Counted from the stretch's first letter, positions 47,650 through 58,497 are shown. The stretch is 64,000 bases of DNA from a bacterium (GCA_965218795.1 OZ244653.1:5110046-5174045); one strand, 5' to 3'. Made by a program: numbers and translations. The notes: a model not told the origin generated them from the letters alone.

Positions 47650-48150
47650 GTGAGGCAGGCCGCAGCGGAAACTGTCGTCGGCGTTTTCGTTTTGGCCGGC
47701 ATGTTGTGTCTTGCATACTTGGCGATTTCTCTGGGGGATCTGGATATGCTCCGGGGTAGTGATTATCGCGTAACCGCCTTGTTCGACTCGGTTTCCGGGT
47801 TGAAGGACGGGGCGTCGGTTGAGATTGCGGGCGTCGAAGTCGGAAAGGTGGAGAGTATCCGTCTGAGCGATGATGACCGAGCAGACGTCCGGATCCGTAT
47901 CCGTGGCGGCGTCAAGATTACGGACGACGTCATTGCATCGATCAGGACAAAGGGAATCATCGGAGATCGCTATATTAAACTGGAGCAGGGCGGCTCGGAC
48001 AAGCATATCCCCGCCGGTGGAAGGATTCGGGATACGACGCCCCCGGTGGATATAGAAGAATTGATTGGTCAATATATCTTCGGAAAGGTTGACGACGCTT
48101 CAAAAGGGAAAGAGTCAAAAGGAAAAGAGATAGAGAAAGGGCTCGAGTAA
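47650..48150 (+). CDS. mlaD: MlaD MCE protein
   Basis: TM anchor, F..VSGLK.GA.V.IAGV.VG.V, T.GIIGD.YI.L. Confidence 0.93.
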   Translation: MRQAAAETVVGVFVLAGMLCLAYLAISLGDLDMLRGSDYRVTALFDSVSGLKDGASVEIAGVEVGKVESIRLSDDDRADVRIRIRGGVKITDDVIASIRTKGIIGDRYIKLEQGGSDKHIPAGGRIRDTTPPVDIEELIGQYIFGKVDDASKGKESKGKEIEKGLE

Positions 48151-48295
48151 TCCGCCGGCCTGGTTCCTGGGGAGGTGACAACGGTCTGCGGAAAGGGAGA
48201 GAAAGTAGTTGCGGGGTTGATCGCTCCCGCACGAGGAGATCAACGCAATTTTACTGGGTCCCTGATACACGGGTGGACTCCTTCGGGAGCTTGCA

Positions 48296-49726
48296 ATGTT
48301 GTTTCCATCGTGGCGGAAAAATCGGAGGCGGTGCCTAGCCTGTACCCTCGTGTCAATTTTGCTTGCTAGTCTATTGGTCACGGCACCCTCTGCCGAGGCC
48401 CAAAACCCGAAGGGGACTTCATCTCCCGGCGCGAAGCGGGTCCTGAACCTGGATCAGTGTATCGCAATCGCCATCAAGAGCAACGTAGAAATCAAAGAGC
48501 GGGAGGCGGGGGTACTGGGCGCCCGGGCGCAAAAGAGCCAGGCCGACGGGGCGCGATTTCCACAAATCGAGGGTTCTGCCTTCTTGGGACCTTCCCCCCG
48601 TGCCCGCGGTGACCAGAGCTATTCCCCCGACGACCAGCGCAATGTCGTTCTGTCCGGCGTCTTCGTCCGCGGCCTGTTCACGCTGATCCAGCCGATCTTC
48701 ACGTTCGGCGAGATATCGAATCTGCGCGAAGCGGCGAAATCCAACATCAAATTGGAAGAGGCCAAGGTCGACGAAAAATCAACCGAGGTGGTCAAGAAGG
48801 TCAAGGAGTTCTACTATGGCTACCTCGTCTCCAAGGACCTGATGAGCCTCGCCCAGGAGGTCAAGGCTGAACTCGAGGGCGCCAAGGAAAAAGTGAGAAG
48901 CGCCTTGAAGAAGGATGCGCCCTGGGCCAACGAAATGGATCTCTACAAGCTGGAGGCTTTTTCGTCTACTGTCGAAACCGGACTCGCCCAGGCGCAAAAG
49001 TCGGTTCGGCTGGCGATGGGGGTGCTCAAATTCTCAATGGGACTGAAGCCGGAAGAGCAAATCGAGTTGGCCGAATCTCACATCGAGCCGGATGTGGCCC
49101 GAATCGAAAAGCTGCCGTTTTACCAGGAACGGTCACTGACGTTGCGCCCCGAATTTCAGCAGATCCGGGAGGGACTGAAGACGCTGGAAGCTTTGGTGAG
49201 GGTGGAAGAAAGCAAGTACTTCCCGAAGCTGTTCGTGGGAGCCTACGCTGATCTTGCACATGCCACCAACCGTGACAGGCTGGACAACCCGTTCGTGCAT
49301 GACCCGTTCAACAGTCAAATCGGCGGGTTGGCCTTGGGGTTCAAGTGGTCGTTCGATTTCGGGATTACATCCGGTCGAATCGCCAAGGCGCGGGCCGAGC
49401 GTCTCAAAGTCCTGCACAAGAAAACCTTTACCTTGCAGGGAATCCCGCTGGAAGTCACCAAAGCCTACGAAGATCTCATCGAAGCGGGAAAAAACATGAA
49501 GTCGACCGAGACTTCATATATTGCGGCCAAGAAATGGCTGGTGGCTTCCGTCGCGAATTATGATCTCGGGATCGGAGAGGCGGAAGAAGTTTCCCGAGCG
49601 CTCGAGCTGTATGCAAAAACGCGAGCTGAGAATTACAAACAGATTTACGCGTACAACTTGGGCTTGGCCAACCTGGAATGGGCCAGTGGTCTCGCCTTGA
49701 GAACGGTTTACAAACACAGGAAATAA
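48296..49726 (+). CDS. TolC-family outer membrane protein
   Basis: Signal peptide, L.L..CI..A...N, FP.I, QPIFTFG, RPE. Confidence 0.85.
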   Translation: MLFPSWRKNRRRCLACTLVSILLASLLVTAPSAEAQNPKGTSSPGAKRVLNLDQCIAIAIKSNVEIKEREAGVLGARAQKSQADGARFPQIEGSAFLGPSPRARGDQSYSPDDQRNVVLSGVFVRGLFTLIQPIFTFGEISNLREAAKSNIKLEEAKVDEKSTEVVKKVKEFYYGYLVSKDLMSLAQEVKAELEGAKEKVRSALKKDAPWANEMDLYKLEAFSSTVETGLAQAQKSVRLAMGVLKFSMGLKPEEQIELAESHIEPDVARIEKLPFYQERSLTLRPEFQQIREGLKTLEALVRVEESKYFPKLFVGAYADLAHATNRDRLDNPFVHDPFNSQIGGLALGFKWSFDFGITSGRIAKARAERLKVLHKKTFTLQGIPLEVTKAYEDLIEAGKNMKSTETSYIAAKKWLVASVANYDLGIGEAEEVSRALELYAKTRAENYKQIYAYNLGLANLEWASGLALRTVYKHRK

Positions 49727-49830
49727 TGCGGACTGCCCGAATTGGCGGGCACGGGCATCTTTATCCCACCATTCTTTCTATCTTATGCCAGGAGGTTTCG
49801 AATTTGGACAGCAAGAGACGCAGTTCAGAC

Positions 49831-50460
49831 ATGGCTGCGATTCTGGTCGGGATCGGGGTGGCTTTGTGGTTTTGCACAGGGGTTGCTCCTGCATCCGCTG
49901 GCAAGCCGAAGGAAGAACTGAAGGGAACCATCGATCAGGTCTTGGAGGTTCTGAAAGCTTCCGCCTATCAAGGCGATGAGAACAAAGGAGTCAGACGGGA
50001 AAAGTTGCGCGAGCTCATCCACCCCCGCTTTGATTTCGCGGAAATGGGAAAGCGGGCCCTGGCCCGGTATTGGAGAAAAAGGACGCCGGCGGAGAGGAAG
50101 GAGTTCGTCGATGTGTTCGCCTCCCTCCTGGAGAATTCGTACGTCTCCAAGATTGAGGCCTATTCCAAGGAAAAAATCATCTATCCCACCGAGCGGGAGG
50201 AAGGGGAATTCGCCGAGGTCAAAACAAAAATCGTTCCGCCCAGCGGCCGTGATATTCCAATGGACTACCGTCTTCACAAGACTCCAGAGGGCTGGCGCGT
50301 CTATGACGTAGTGATTGAAGGTGTCAGCTTGGTGTCGAATTACCGAACCCAGTTCCGGAGGATCATCCGGAAGGGTTCCTATGCTGAGCTCCTCAAACGG
50401 ATGAAGAACAAGCAGCAGGAAATTGAGGAAGACGCCTCCGGAAAAGACAAGAAGTCATAG
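49831..50460 (+). CDS. mlaC: MlaC/Ttg2D substrate-binding protein (start uncertain)
   Basis: FDF.EM....L...W, W.VYDV.IEGVSLV.NYR.QF. Confidence 0.92.
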   Translation: MAAILVGIGVALWFCTGVAPASAGKPKEELKGTIDQVLEVLKASAYQGDENKGVRREKLRELIHPRFDFAEMGKRALARYWRKRTPAERKEFVDVFASLLENSYVSKIEAYSKEKIIYPTEREEGEFAEVKTKIVPPSGRDIPMDYRLHKTPEGWRVYDVVIEGVSLVSNYRTQFRRIIRKGSYAELLKRMKNKQQEIEEDASGKDKKS

Positions 50461-50576
50461 TGTTTCGGTGTGTGATGAGGAACGATTCGCGCCGCCTTTC
50501 ATCCTGCGAGAGACTGATATCTGGGGATGGAAGGCGTTTGGTTTCAGGTCCGCTTCGACTCGCTCTGAACCCCGTC

Positions 50577-51020
50577 ATGACGCCCATTCGACTCAGCGGA
50601 ATATTGGTCGTAGGAAAGGGGGAGGGGGCTGTCTTCACCCAGGTCCCATGGGTCCGGCAGACCTTCTCTCGAATCCTGGGGTTCGAGCCTTTTCCGGGAA
50701 CGGTCAATCTGAGGGTCGGAAGTGACCCCGGCTCGAAGGAGGCCCTGAAGGATATCCATGAAGCCCGAGGGATCGCCGTGATTCCTCCCGTGGGCTCCGG
50801 TTTCTGCCTTGCGCGCTGCTTCCATGCGCGTCTGGCCTCGAGCCTTCCGGCCGGTCTGGTCATCCCTGAAGTAGGAGGTTATTATGAGGATATCCTGGAA
50901 TTGCTTGCACCGGTGAATGTGCGAAATACGCTCGGCGTCTCCGAAGGGGATGAGGTCGAGGTGGAAATCGAGCTGGAATCCGGATCGGATGGTGCGGGCT
51001 CGGAGGGGTCGGAAGCCTGA
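50577..51020 (+). CDS. CTP-dependent (archaeal-type) riboflavin kinase
   Basis: G.GEG..F, LGFEPFPGTVNL, IP....Y..DILELLAPV.VR..LG...GD.V. Confidence 0.82.
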   Translation: MTPIRLSGILVVGKGEGAVFTQVPWVRQTFSRILGFEPFPGTVNLRVGSDPGSKEALKDIHEARGIAVIPPVGSGFCLARCFHARLASSLPAGLVIPEVGGYYEDILELLAPVNVRNTLGVSEGDEVEVEIELESGSDGAGSEGSEA

Positions 51021-51292
51021 TGCCCCGACTCCGCCGCATGCCCTTCGTCTGGCAATTGTGGAGACAGGGCCGTTTGGCCCTCCGGTTGCTGAGAGACACC
51101 CGCGTCCCGATTTGGCCGAAGGCTCTTTTCTCGCTCGGCCTGATCTATTTGCTATCCCCTCTCGATCTGATTCCGGATTTTTCGCTTCCCCTGCTGGGCC
51201 ATCTGGATGATCTTGTTGTTTTCCTGTTTTCACTCAGAGGGTTCATCGCCCTCTGTCCGCCAACCGTTGTACAGGAACACCTGGGACGTTAA
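51020..51292 (+). CDS. YkvA/DUF1232 membrane protein
   Basis: D.RVP...K, YLLSPLDLIPD...LGHLDD. Confidence 0.9.
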   Translation: MPRLRRMPFVWQLWRQGRLALRLLRDTRVPIWPKALFSLGLIYLLSPLDLIPDFSLPLLGHLDDLVVFLFSLRGFIALCPPTVVQEHLGR

Positions 51293-51839
51293 TCGTTTCA
51301 GGAACCGTCGTGAATGGGGCCGCTTGGCTTCCATGATTCCCGATTACCCTTTTTCGAATGCCGCTTCTGCCCTGCCCCTCTGAGAGGGTCAGGATTTTCG
51401 ATATGCTTTCAAGCCGGTACGCAGCGGGAAGGGGTCATCATGAGCAGGAAAACCTTTCACGCCCGAGTCAATCATTCACAAGCGACGTCCAGCCGAAATC
51501 GAGTTCTCCCAGGGCCGGGCCACCGGTCCAGGTGCAGCAAGAATCTCGGTGTCGCCGAGCAGAGCTGCTATCACTCGCGTCAAGGGGAAAACTCCCAGTG
51601 ATGCATTTGCCCCTGATGGGTTTGGCACTTCGAGGTTTGAGGTTCCTCTATCGTGCAGGGAACTGATACCTCACCCGTATGCCCCCGCCCTCTGGTGCCG
51701 GGGGCACATTCCTCACGTCTACCGGCCCCACGGAAAACGGCTGGTTGTAGCGAAGGCTATCACTCTTATAATAAAGTAAGGAGGGAAAAGGGCCCCGCGC
51801 GTGCAAAAGGCTGAGGCCCTTCCGTAGGAGGAACCGAAC

Positions 51840-52325
51840 GTGGCACATGAAATGGGACATGGAGAGGCCAAAGATATCTTTACCCGAGCCTGGGAGCTTC
51901 ACCGCGGGGGAGACCTTGAGGCCGCCATAGATCTGTACAAGGAATCCATTCGGGTTTGCCCGACGGCGGAGGCTTACACCTTCCTTGGCTGGGCGTACAG
52001 TCATTTGGGGGACGTCGACCGGGCCATCGAGGAATGTCACAGGGCCATCAAGACCGACCCCGAGTATGGCAACCCTTACAATGATATCGGGGCCTATTTG
52101 ATCCAGAAGGGAATGTTCGAAGAGGCCGTCCCGTGGCTGGAAAAGGCGATGCGGGCCAGCCGATATGAATGCTACCACTACCCCCATATGAACCTGGGGC
52201 GCGTCTATCTTCATCAGAAGAACTACACAGGGGCGATGGATGAATTCAGCGAGGCCTTGGAAATCGAACCGGACTACCAGTTGGCCCGCGTCCAGCTCCT
52301 CAAGCTTCAGGCCATGTTCAATTAG
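51840..52325 (+). CDS. TPR protein
   Basis: PTAEAYTFLGW.Y, DP.YGNPYNDIG.YL, P..NLGR.Y. Confidence 0.88.
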   Translation: MAHEMGHGEAKDIFTRAWELHRGGDLEAAIDLYKESIRVCPTAEAYTFLGWAYSHLGDVDRAIEECHRAIKTDPEYGNPYNDIGAYLIQKGMFEEAVPWLEKAMRASRYECYHYPHMNLGRVYLHQKNYTGAMDEFSEALEIEPDYQLARVQLLKLQAMFN

Positions 52326-52440
52326 CTGGAAGCTTCAGTCCCGAAATCGATTCTCGCCGGAAAAAGGCCATCCACCCGGGACGGTCTTTTTTTGATCGCC
52401 TGATCCCTTTCTGTCTATCAAGAAAGCCCCCCGGAATTTC

Positions 52441-53703
52441 CTAATCCATCTCGGGCCGGACAAACGGTGGTTCCCTGCCGTTCATGTGTCTTCTGACAAT
52501 GACCGCTTCCAGCATCCGGCGGCCGTCGTTGATGAGCAGGGACTGGCCCGCCCCCAAATCCGCCCGCAGGTAGGCAAGTGCGATGGCGCGTTTATCGGAT
52601 GTCTCGCCCGGGTGATCGCCGTCGAACTTCCAGCAGGGAACCATCGTACCGCTCGTGATGTGGCCCGCGGCCCCGCCCTCGGGGAGAGAGACTTCGTGAC
52701 CCTGCCGGGCAATCCCTTTTCCGATCACCCGCACGTAGAAAATTCGTCTGGGCAGAGACCAAGTCTCGGGAGAGGGGGCGAGCCCCCCGGCCCGCCGCGC
52801 AGCGAGTTCGTCGCTGTGAGCCTTCAGTGCCTCACGCCCTACAAATCCGTCCTTCGCCTCTTCGAAGCTTACGGCGAATCGGGAAAGGGGCACCGCAAAG
52901 ATGGGGATCGGCTGTCCGTCGGGCCCAACGCCGAACTCGTGGCCGTAGAGCGGATAGCCGGCCTCGAGCCGGAGCGAGTCCCGCGCCCCCAGGCCCACGG
53001 GTGATATGCCCAGGGACCGGCCCGCCTCCAGCAGCTTCTCCCACATCTCGACGGCGAAATTCGTCGGCGTAAAGAGTTCGAACGAAAACGGTTCGCCGGT
53101 GTATCCGGTCCGGGAGACAGTGACCGGATGCCCCCCCACGGTTACCTCGTTGAACGAATTTCGGGGCGGGTCGAGGAGCCCCTCGAGATCAGCAGGAGGA
53201 ACGTCGGCAAGAAGACCTCTCAGAACGGCGGGCGATTCCGGACCTTGCAGGGAGGACATGAAGAGTTCTCCCGTGATGTCCTCCATCCGGGCCCGGGGGA
53301 AGTCCTTCAAATATCCGGATAGCCAGGAGACATTCTTTTGGGTGTTGGACGCGTTGACGACGAGCAGGTAATCCCCCTCGGTCCGCTGGTAGAGATAGGC
53401 ATCGTCCACCGCCCCGCCCGACTCATCCGGGATGATGGTGTATTGGGCAGTTCCCGGTTTCAGTTGAGAGGAATCGTTCGTGAGGGTGTGCTGAAGGAAG
53501 GGGAGGGCGTCTTCTCCCGTAATCCGGAGCCGGCCCATGTGGGAGATGTCGAACAGCCCGGCGTGTTTCCGTGTGGCGAGATGCTCCGCGATAATGCCCC
53601 CCGAATAATTCACGGGCATGTCCCATCCGCCAAAGGGGACCATCTTGGCTTCGTTGGTCCGGTGCCAGTCGTTTATGACGGTTTTTTTCAGCGCATCGGC
53701 CAT
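52441..53703 (-). CDS. gcvT: Glycine cleavage system aminomethyltransferase T
   Basis: PFGGWDMP..Y, GLFDISHMG, SRTGYTGE, GLGARDSLRLEAG.PLYG. Confidence 0.92.
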   Translation of the reverse strand: MADALKKTVINDWHRTNEAKMVPFGGWDMPVNYSGGIIAEHLATRKHAGLFDISHMGRLRITGEDALPFLQHTLTNDSSQLKPGTAQYTIIPDESGGAVDDAYLYQRTEGDYLLVVNASNTQKNVSWLSGYLKDFPRARMEDITGELFMSSLQGPESPAVLRGLLADVPPADLEGLLDPPRNSFNEVTVGGHPVTVSRTGYTGEPFSFELFTPTNFAVEMWEKLLEAGRSLGISPVGLGARDSLRLEAGYPLYGHEFGVGPDGQPIPIFAVPLSRFAVSFEEAKDGFVGREALKAHSDELAARRAGGLAPSPETWSLPRRIFYVRVIGKGIARQGHEVSLPEGGAAGHITSGTMVPCWKFDGDHPGETSDKRAIALAYLRADLGAGQSLLINDGRRMLEAVIVRRHMNGREPPFVRPEMD

Positions 53704-53891
53704 GCGGAAGACCTCTTCGGTTTGAGGAGAGCGGCAAAACTGCCCTTCATCATACAGGCTACGGGAAGTGTTGGGAAAGGCCGGGAGGCATGATGAATCC
53801 CAGCAAATCCGGCCTGGAGAAATTGAAGAGCGCGGGAATCCTTGAATGTAGAGGTGAGGGGAATGACGCAATCAGCCCCGGAGGGGCGGAT

Positions 53892-54848
53892 CTAATGCCG
53901 GAACAGGCGACCCTGATAAGTGTCCCTGGACTCCAAAGCGGATCGAATGACTTGAAGGACCTTGTTCTTGTCGATACACCAGAGCGGAGCGACAAGGTAA
54001 TCTTTCGGGGCCTCGCTCGTGAGGCGCTGAATCACCATCTCGGGAGGCAGAAGCTCCAGGAAGTCACAGACGAGCTCGGCATATTCGTCGAGCTCCAATA
54101 GCCTGATCTCGCCTATCCGGTATTGTTGCTCCATCACAGTCCCGCGAAGGATGTGAAGGAGATGAATCTTGATTCCATCCACGGGAAGTGAAGCGACATA
54201 TCGGGCCGTTTCGAGCATACCCTCCCGCGTTTCTCCCGGCAGGCCGAGAATCACATGGGCGCAGATATGCAGGTCCAGGCCCTGTTCCGACCGCCGCCGA
54301 GTCCGGGTCACCGCGTCAGAGAAATCGGCGACGGTGTGGGCCCGGTTGGTCAGGCCGAGAGAACGGTCGTGGGCGGACTGCAGGCCGTACTCCACCCAAA
54401 CGTGATAATCGCGGGCGTATTCCGCAATGAGGTCAAGCGTTTCCTCCGGAACACAATCCGGACGCGTACCGATGACCAAGCCGACGAGCTCCGGAAAATT
54501 CCGAATGACATCGTATCGTTCCCGGAGCGTTTCAATCGGCGCATACGTGTTGGTGAACGCCTGGAAGTAAGCCAGAAATTTTCGGGAATGGGTGCGACGG
54601 CGAAGGAAGGAGATTCCTTGACGGAGCTGCTCGGTCAAGTCGCGCGTATCGACGCGGGTGGGCGGGCTGAATCCTTCGTTGTTACAGAACGTGCAGCCCC
54701 CGAGCGCTTTCTTTCCGTCGCGGTTGGGGCAGGAGAACCCGGCATCGATGGAAACCTTATAGACTCGCTCCCCAAACCGGTCCCGAAGGTAAGACGAGAG
54801 TGAACGGTATCGTGTCGGGATGGGGGCGTCCCGTCCCATGGAGGCCAT
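53892..54848 (-). CDS. TIGR01212 (YhcC-like) radical SAM protein
   Basis: GFSCPNRDG....GCTFC, YFQAFTNTY, GTRPDC, EYGLQS, GIKIH.L. Confidence 0.92.
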   Translation of the reverse strand: MASMGRDAPIPTRYRSLSSYLRDRFGERVYKVSIDAGFSCPNRDGKKALGGCTFCNNEGFSPPTRVDTRDLTEQLRQGISFLRRRTHSRKFLAYFQAFTNTYAPIETLRERYDVIRNFPELVGLVIGTRPDCVPEETLDLIAEYARDYHVWVEYGLQSAHDRSLGLTNRAHTVADFSDAVTRTRRRSEQGLDLHICAHVILGLPGETREGMLETARYVASLPVDGIKIHLLHILRGTVMEQQYRIGEIRLLELDEYAELVCDFLELLPPEMVIQRLTSEAPKDYLVAPLWCIDKNKVLQVIRSALESRDTYQGRLFRH

Positions 54849-54871
54849 GCAGTTCTCCCACAGGTCGTCGT

Positions 54872-55708
54872 TCAGTGGGTCGATGGGACCTCGATGGGCA
54901 GTTCTTCCATGTCGCCCCACTCTTTCCAGGAACCGACGTAGTTCCGGACGTTCGGGTAGCCGATCAAGCGCAGGGCAAGATAGGCGTGGGCCGACCGGTA
55001 GCCGCCCTGACAGTAGGGGATGATGTGCTTCTCGGATGTGATCCCGCGGTCTTCGTACATGGCCTTCAGCTCGGAGGCGGATTTGTAGCATCCTTGTTCA
55101 TCCAGATTGTTCGTCCATTCGATGTGGATGGCGCCCGGAATGGCCCCGCCCCGCTTAGCGCGCACCATCTTTCCCGCGTATTCGTCATCCGAGCGGGTGT
55201 CCAGGATGCAGACGTTGGGATCCCCCATGCGGGAGAGGATGTCATCCGCGCTGGCAATCCGGTCAGCGATGGGGTGTTCCGAGGCGAACTGGGTGGGTTT
55301 CGGGTCCACGGGGTCGTGACTGACCGGGAATGATTTCGCCGTCCAGGCGTTGAAACCGCCGTCCAGGACGCGAACCTCCTGAAGCCCGAAATACTCCAGG
55401 AACCAAAAGCCGCGGGCGGACTTGAATCCTGAGTTCTCCTGGTAGAAGACGACGCTCTTGTCGTAGGCGACGCCGCGGTGCGCCAAGAGGTAGGACACCA
55501 TCCACATGAACGCAGAGAGGGGCTCGGGCCGGGTGTCGTTCAGGCTGATTCCATAGATGTCGAAGTGGACCGCACCGGGAATGTGGCCCCGCACGTAATC
55601 TGCGGTCGATCGGACATCGATGACGAGTTGCGATTCATCCCCAAGGCGTTCCTTCACTTCCTCAGGGGAGGCAAGAAGCTGGGGGTTGGCATAGTTGCGG
55701 TCTTTCAT
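54872..55708 (-). CDS. Tandem-domain sulfurtransferase
   Basis: GHIPGA, LDGG..AW, GAIPGA, YCQGGYRS, NY.GSW.EW. Confidence 0.92.
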   Translation of the reverse strand: MKDRNYANPQLLASPEEVKERLGDESQLVIDVRSTADYVRGHIPGAVHFDIYGISLNDTRPEPLSAFMWMVSYLLAHRGVAYDKSVVFYQENSGFKSARGFWFLEYFGLQEVRVLDGGFNAWTAKSFPVSHDPVDPKPTQFASEHPIADRIASADDILSRMGDPNVCILDTRSDDEYAGKMVRAKRGGAIPGAIHIEWTNNLDEQGCYKSASELKAMYEDRGITSEKHIIPYCQGGYRSAHAYLALRLIGYPNVRNYVGSWKEWGDMEELPIEVPSTH

Positions 55709-55827
55709 CCCTCTCGCTCCGTTCAGGCCTGGGTGCCTGAATTTCAGGGTTGATACGAATCTCCTCCTGTCCGCCGGCGCCCGGACTGCGGATCACTCCG
55801 GGCCCTCCGATTTCGAACAGCGAGCGA

Positions 55828-56181
55828 CTAATACTCCGTTTGCGTTTCCGTAAGGTGGAGATAGTCCTCCCGGACGGGACTGAAAATGTCGATATTGACG
55901 GCGGGCTTGCTGCCGAGGACGTCGGCGAAATGGGTGACGTCCGGAGGGATGACACAAAGTCCGCCGGCTCCCATCTCATGGACCTCATCGCCGATTGTGA
56001 AGCGAACCCGGCCCTGAACGACATAGGCCAACTGTTCAAACGGGTGGCTGTGTGGACGGGTCTCCATCCCCGGCTGAAGCTCGTTGAGCACCATCAGGGT
56101 GTTCTTCGATCGAAACCCTTTTCGGCGAACCCCCGGTCGGACCTCCTCCCAGGGCAAACTGTCCCAGTCGTAAGCTTTCAT
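55828..56181 (-). CDS. Cupin-2 protein
   Basis: HSHPFEQ..YV..G, IP..V.H, DIFSP.REDY. Confidence 0.88.
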   Translation of the reverse strand: MKAYDWDSLPWEEVRPGVRRKGFRSKNTLMVLNELQPGMETRPHSHPFEQLAYVVQGRVRFTIGDEVHEMGAGGLCVIPPDVTHFADVLGSKPAVNIDIFSPVREDYLHLTETQTEY

Positions 56182-56452
56182 GATTTTCCATGGGCTGGCG
56201 AATGGCCCGCGGCGATGTCCTCCAAGGTTCATCTTCCGGTGGGACGCCGGCGGATTACAGGGTTTTCCGACCCTTGCTTCAGGATTCTGGAGGGAGTTGT
56301 TACCTCGATCCGGCTGCGTTCGCGGAGCATGCTCCCCGAATCCTCTTGTTTAGATTAACCCTCGCGAGGCTGTATGACAATATACTCCCGTCCGGAGGGA
56401 ACCCGAAATCCGGAATTTTTGGTTTATTGGCCTTTGAAAACGAAAAATTTCT

Positions 56453-56512
56453 TGACGTATCACATGAAGCGAGTAAATAAGGTAATGTTTTATGACCCTC
56501 CTTATGACCCTG
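56453..56512 (+). promoter_or_regulatory. Sigma70-like promoter with downstream tandem TTATGACCCT repeat
   Basis: TTGACG-N17-TAAATA, then TTATGACCCTCC followed by TTATGACCCTGT. Confidence 0.5.
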
Positions 56513-56748
56513 TTGCATGGGTGACTTCCCGTCTGCCCTCCAGCCCATGCGACGGGGTCTTTTTTTACCTCCAATCCAGACCGCCAGCGTTGTTCCATTT
56601 CGGCTCCCATCCTTTTTTGAGGCTCGAAGACCGAATCGTCTCCGTCTCGATTTTCCAGAGCGAGTCGTGTCTGATAGTTGAGTCGATGACGAGTCGGTCC
56701 GGCCTTTGCCGAGCTCCGATCCGCTGACCGCTGGATTCGGGAAAGACC

Positions 56749-57579
56749 ATGCCCAAGGCAGACGTGAACGATATCGAGGTGTATTACGAGGATCAAGGAT
56801 CCGGCTTTCCATTGATGATGATCATTGGTCTGTCCGGCGTTGGAGCGGGCTGGGGACCGCAGATTTCTTTGTTCTCAAAGAATTACCGGACCCTTGTCCC
56901 TGACCATCGCGGGGCCGGACAATCCAGCGCACCCCCGGACGGGTACACCATCGAACAGCTTGCGTCCGACATGGCCGGGTTGCTCCGCACAGCGGACGCC
57001 GCGCCCGCCCACGTCATGGGCTCCTCCACCGGCGGGGCCATCGCACAGGTCATGGCTCTGGACCATCCGGAGGTCGTCCGGTCCTTGACGCTGGTAGCGA
57101 CGTGGGCGAGACCGGACGCCTACTTTCAACGCTGCTTTGAAGTGCGGAAGCATATTCTGAACGAGCTGGGCCGTGAGGCCTATACGCGGGTCTCCTCCCC
57201 CTTTCTGTGGTCCGCAAAATACATTCGGGAGCACGCCGGGGAATTGGAAGAGTGGGAGGAGAGGGTTCTCTCCGGCCCGGCCAACCTGGACGTCATGAAC
57301 AAGCGAATCGATATGATCGTCGCTCACGATCAGCTTGAACGGCTCGGGCGAATCGACAAACCCACCCTGGTGATCGTGGGACAACAGGACATCTGCACTC
57401 CACCGTTCTACGCGGAAGAGATCACCGCGGCGATCCCGGGCGCCGAAATGGCCGTGCTGGAGGGGGGACACTTCTTCTACAAGGAAGACCCTGAACCCTT
57501 TTACAGGCGCGTGAACGAGTTTTTGTCCGGGGTCGGGGTGAGCAGCTTCGGTTGGGCGGACGACCCTCCTTCGGAATGA
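56749..57579 (+). CDS. Alpha/beta hydrolase (RutD/PcaD-like)
   Basis: DHRGAG.S, GSSTGG nucleophile motif, PTLVIVG..D, GGH. Confidence 0.9.
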   Translation: MPKADVNDIEVYYEDQGSGFPLMMIIGLSGVGAGWGPQISLFSKNYRTLVPDHRGAGQSSAPPDGYTIEQLASDMAGLLRTADAAPAHVMGSSTGGAIAQVMALDHPEVVRSLTLVATWARPDAYFQRCFEVRKHILNELGREAYTRVSSPFLWSAKYIREHAGELEEWEERVLSGPANLDVMNKRIDMIVAHDQLERLGRIDKPTLVIVGQQDICTPPFYAEEITAAIPGAEMAVLEGGHFFYKEDPEPFYRRVNEFLSGVGVSSFGWADDPPSE

Positions 57580-57678
57580 CCGCTTGTGACGTTCACCTTT
57601 CGACTCTTGACACGCCCCGCGCCGAAAGTGCATTTTGGGTTGGACTCCAGCCGGGCTTTGTCTTTGGGGAGATAGGAA

Positions 57679-58476
57679 ATGGGTGAGATTGTTTCCGCCT
57701 ACGCCGCTTCGCACGCGCCGCAGATCCTCGTGCGGCCCAAGAATGAGCAAAAGGAATGGGTCGAGGCGGTACATGACGGATATTACCGGATGCGCGACGA
57801 GTTGAAGGCGTTTCAGCCCGACGTGTTGCTGGTTTTCAGCAACGACCATATGGAGTCGTTTTTCGCCGCCGGCTACCCGACCTTCGCCATCTTCGCGGGT
57901 GAGACCGTGTTCGGAACCTTCGGCAGGCAATACGACAAAGACTACGATGTCCACGTGCCGTTGGCGAACGCGCTGTTCGAGCACTGCATGGAGGCGGAAT
58001 TCGACGCGACCGTCTGCAAACAGGGCTCTATGGGCCACGGGTTTGTGGTCCCGCTTCATTTCATTCTGAAGGATTTGGAGGTTCCCATCGTTCCCATCTT
58101 TGTCAACGCCTATGCCGTGCCGCAGCCCAAGCCGTCCCGGTGCTATGCCTTCGGCCAGGCGCTGGCCGACTGCATCGCAGCCCGGCCCGAACGGGTGGCG
58201 GTTTTGGCGACCGGCGGTATGAGTCACTACCCCGGGACGGACAAGTATCCACATCCCAACCACGATGCGGATCGGGAATATCTCGAGATCCTGACCAGCG
58301 AACGCGCCCCGGAGTTCGGGCAACTGACCTCGCGGGACCTAGACGAGACGGGCAACCCCGAGCTGCGCTCCTGGATTACGGTCCTGGGGGTGATGCGGGG
58401 TCGGACGGCCGAGCTGGTGACTTATCAGCCTAGCTGGCACATCGGATTCGGCGTGATCCGATGGCCTTTGAACTGA
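57679..58476 (+). CDS. Class III extradiol dioxygenase catalytic subunit (LigB-like)
   Basis: SHAP, NDH, HG..VP, TGGMSH, E.R.W. Confidence 0.88.
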   Translation: MGEIVSAYAASHAPQILVRPKNEQKEWVEAVHDGYYRMRDELKAFQPDVLLVFSNDHMESFFAAGYPTFAIFAGETVFGTFGRQYDKDYDVHVPLANALFEHCMEAEFDATVCKQGSMGHGFVVPLHFILKDLEVPIVPIFVNAYAVPQPKPSRCYAFGQALADCIAARPERVAVLATGGMSHYPGTDKYPHPNHDADREYLEILTSERAPEFGQLTSRDLDETGNPELRSWITVLGVMRGRTAELVTYQPSWHIGFGVIRWPLN

Positions 58477-58497
58477 TTCCATCGGAGGAAGAAGGCC

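Noticed and set aside
51600-51760. Structured leader upstream of the TPR gene
   Set aside because: Two hairpins only, which is unremarkable at this GC content, and no known motif.
53704-53891. Glycine riboswitch upstream of gcvT
   Set aside because: No GGAGA...CCGAAG...CTCTCAGG aptamer elements.
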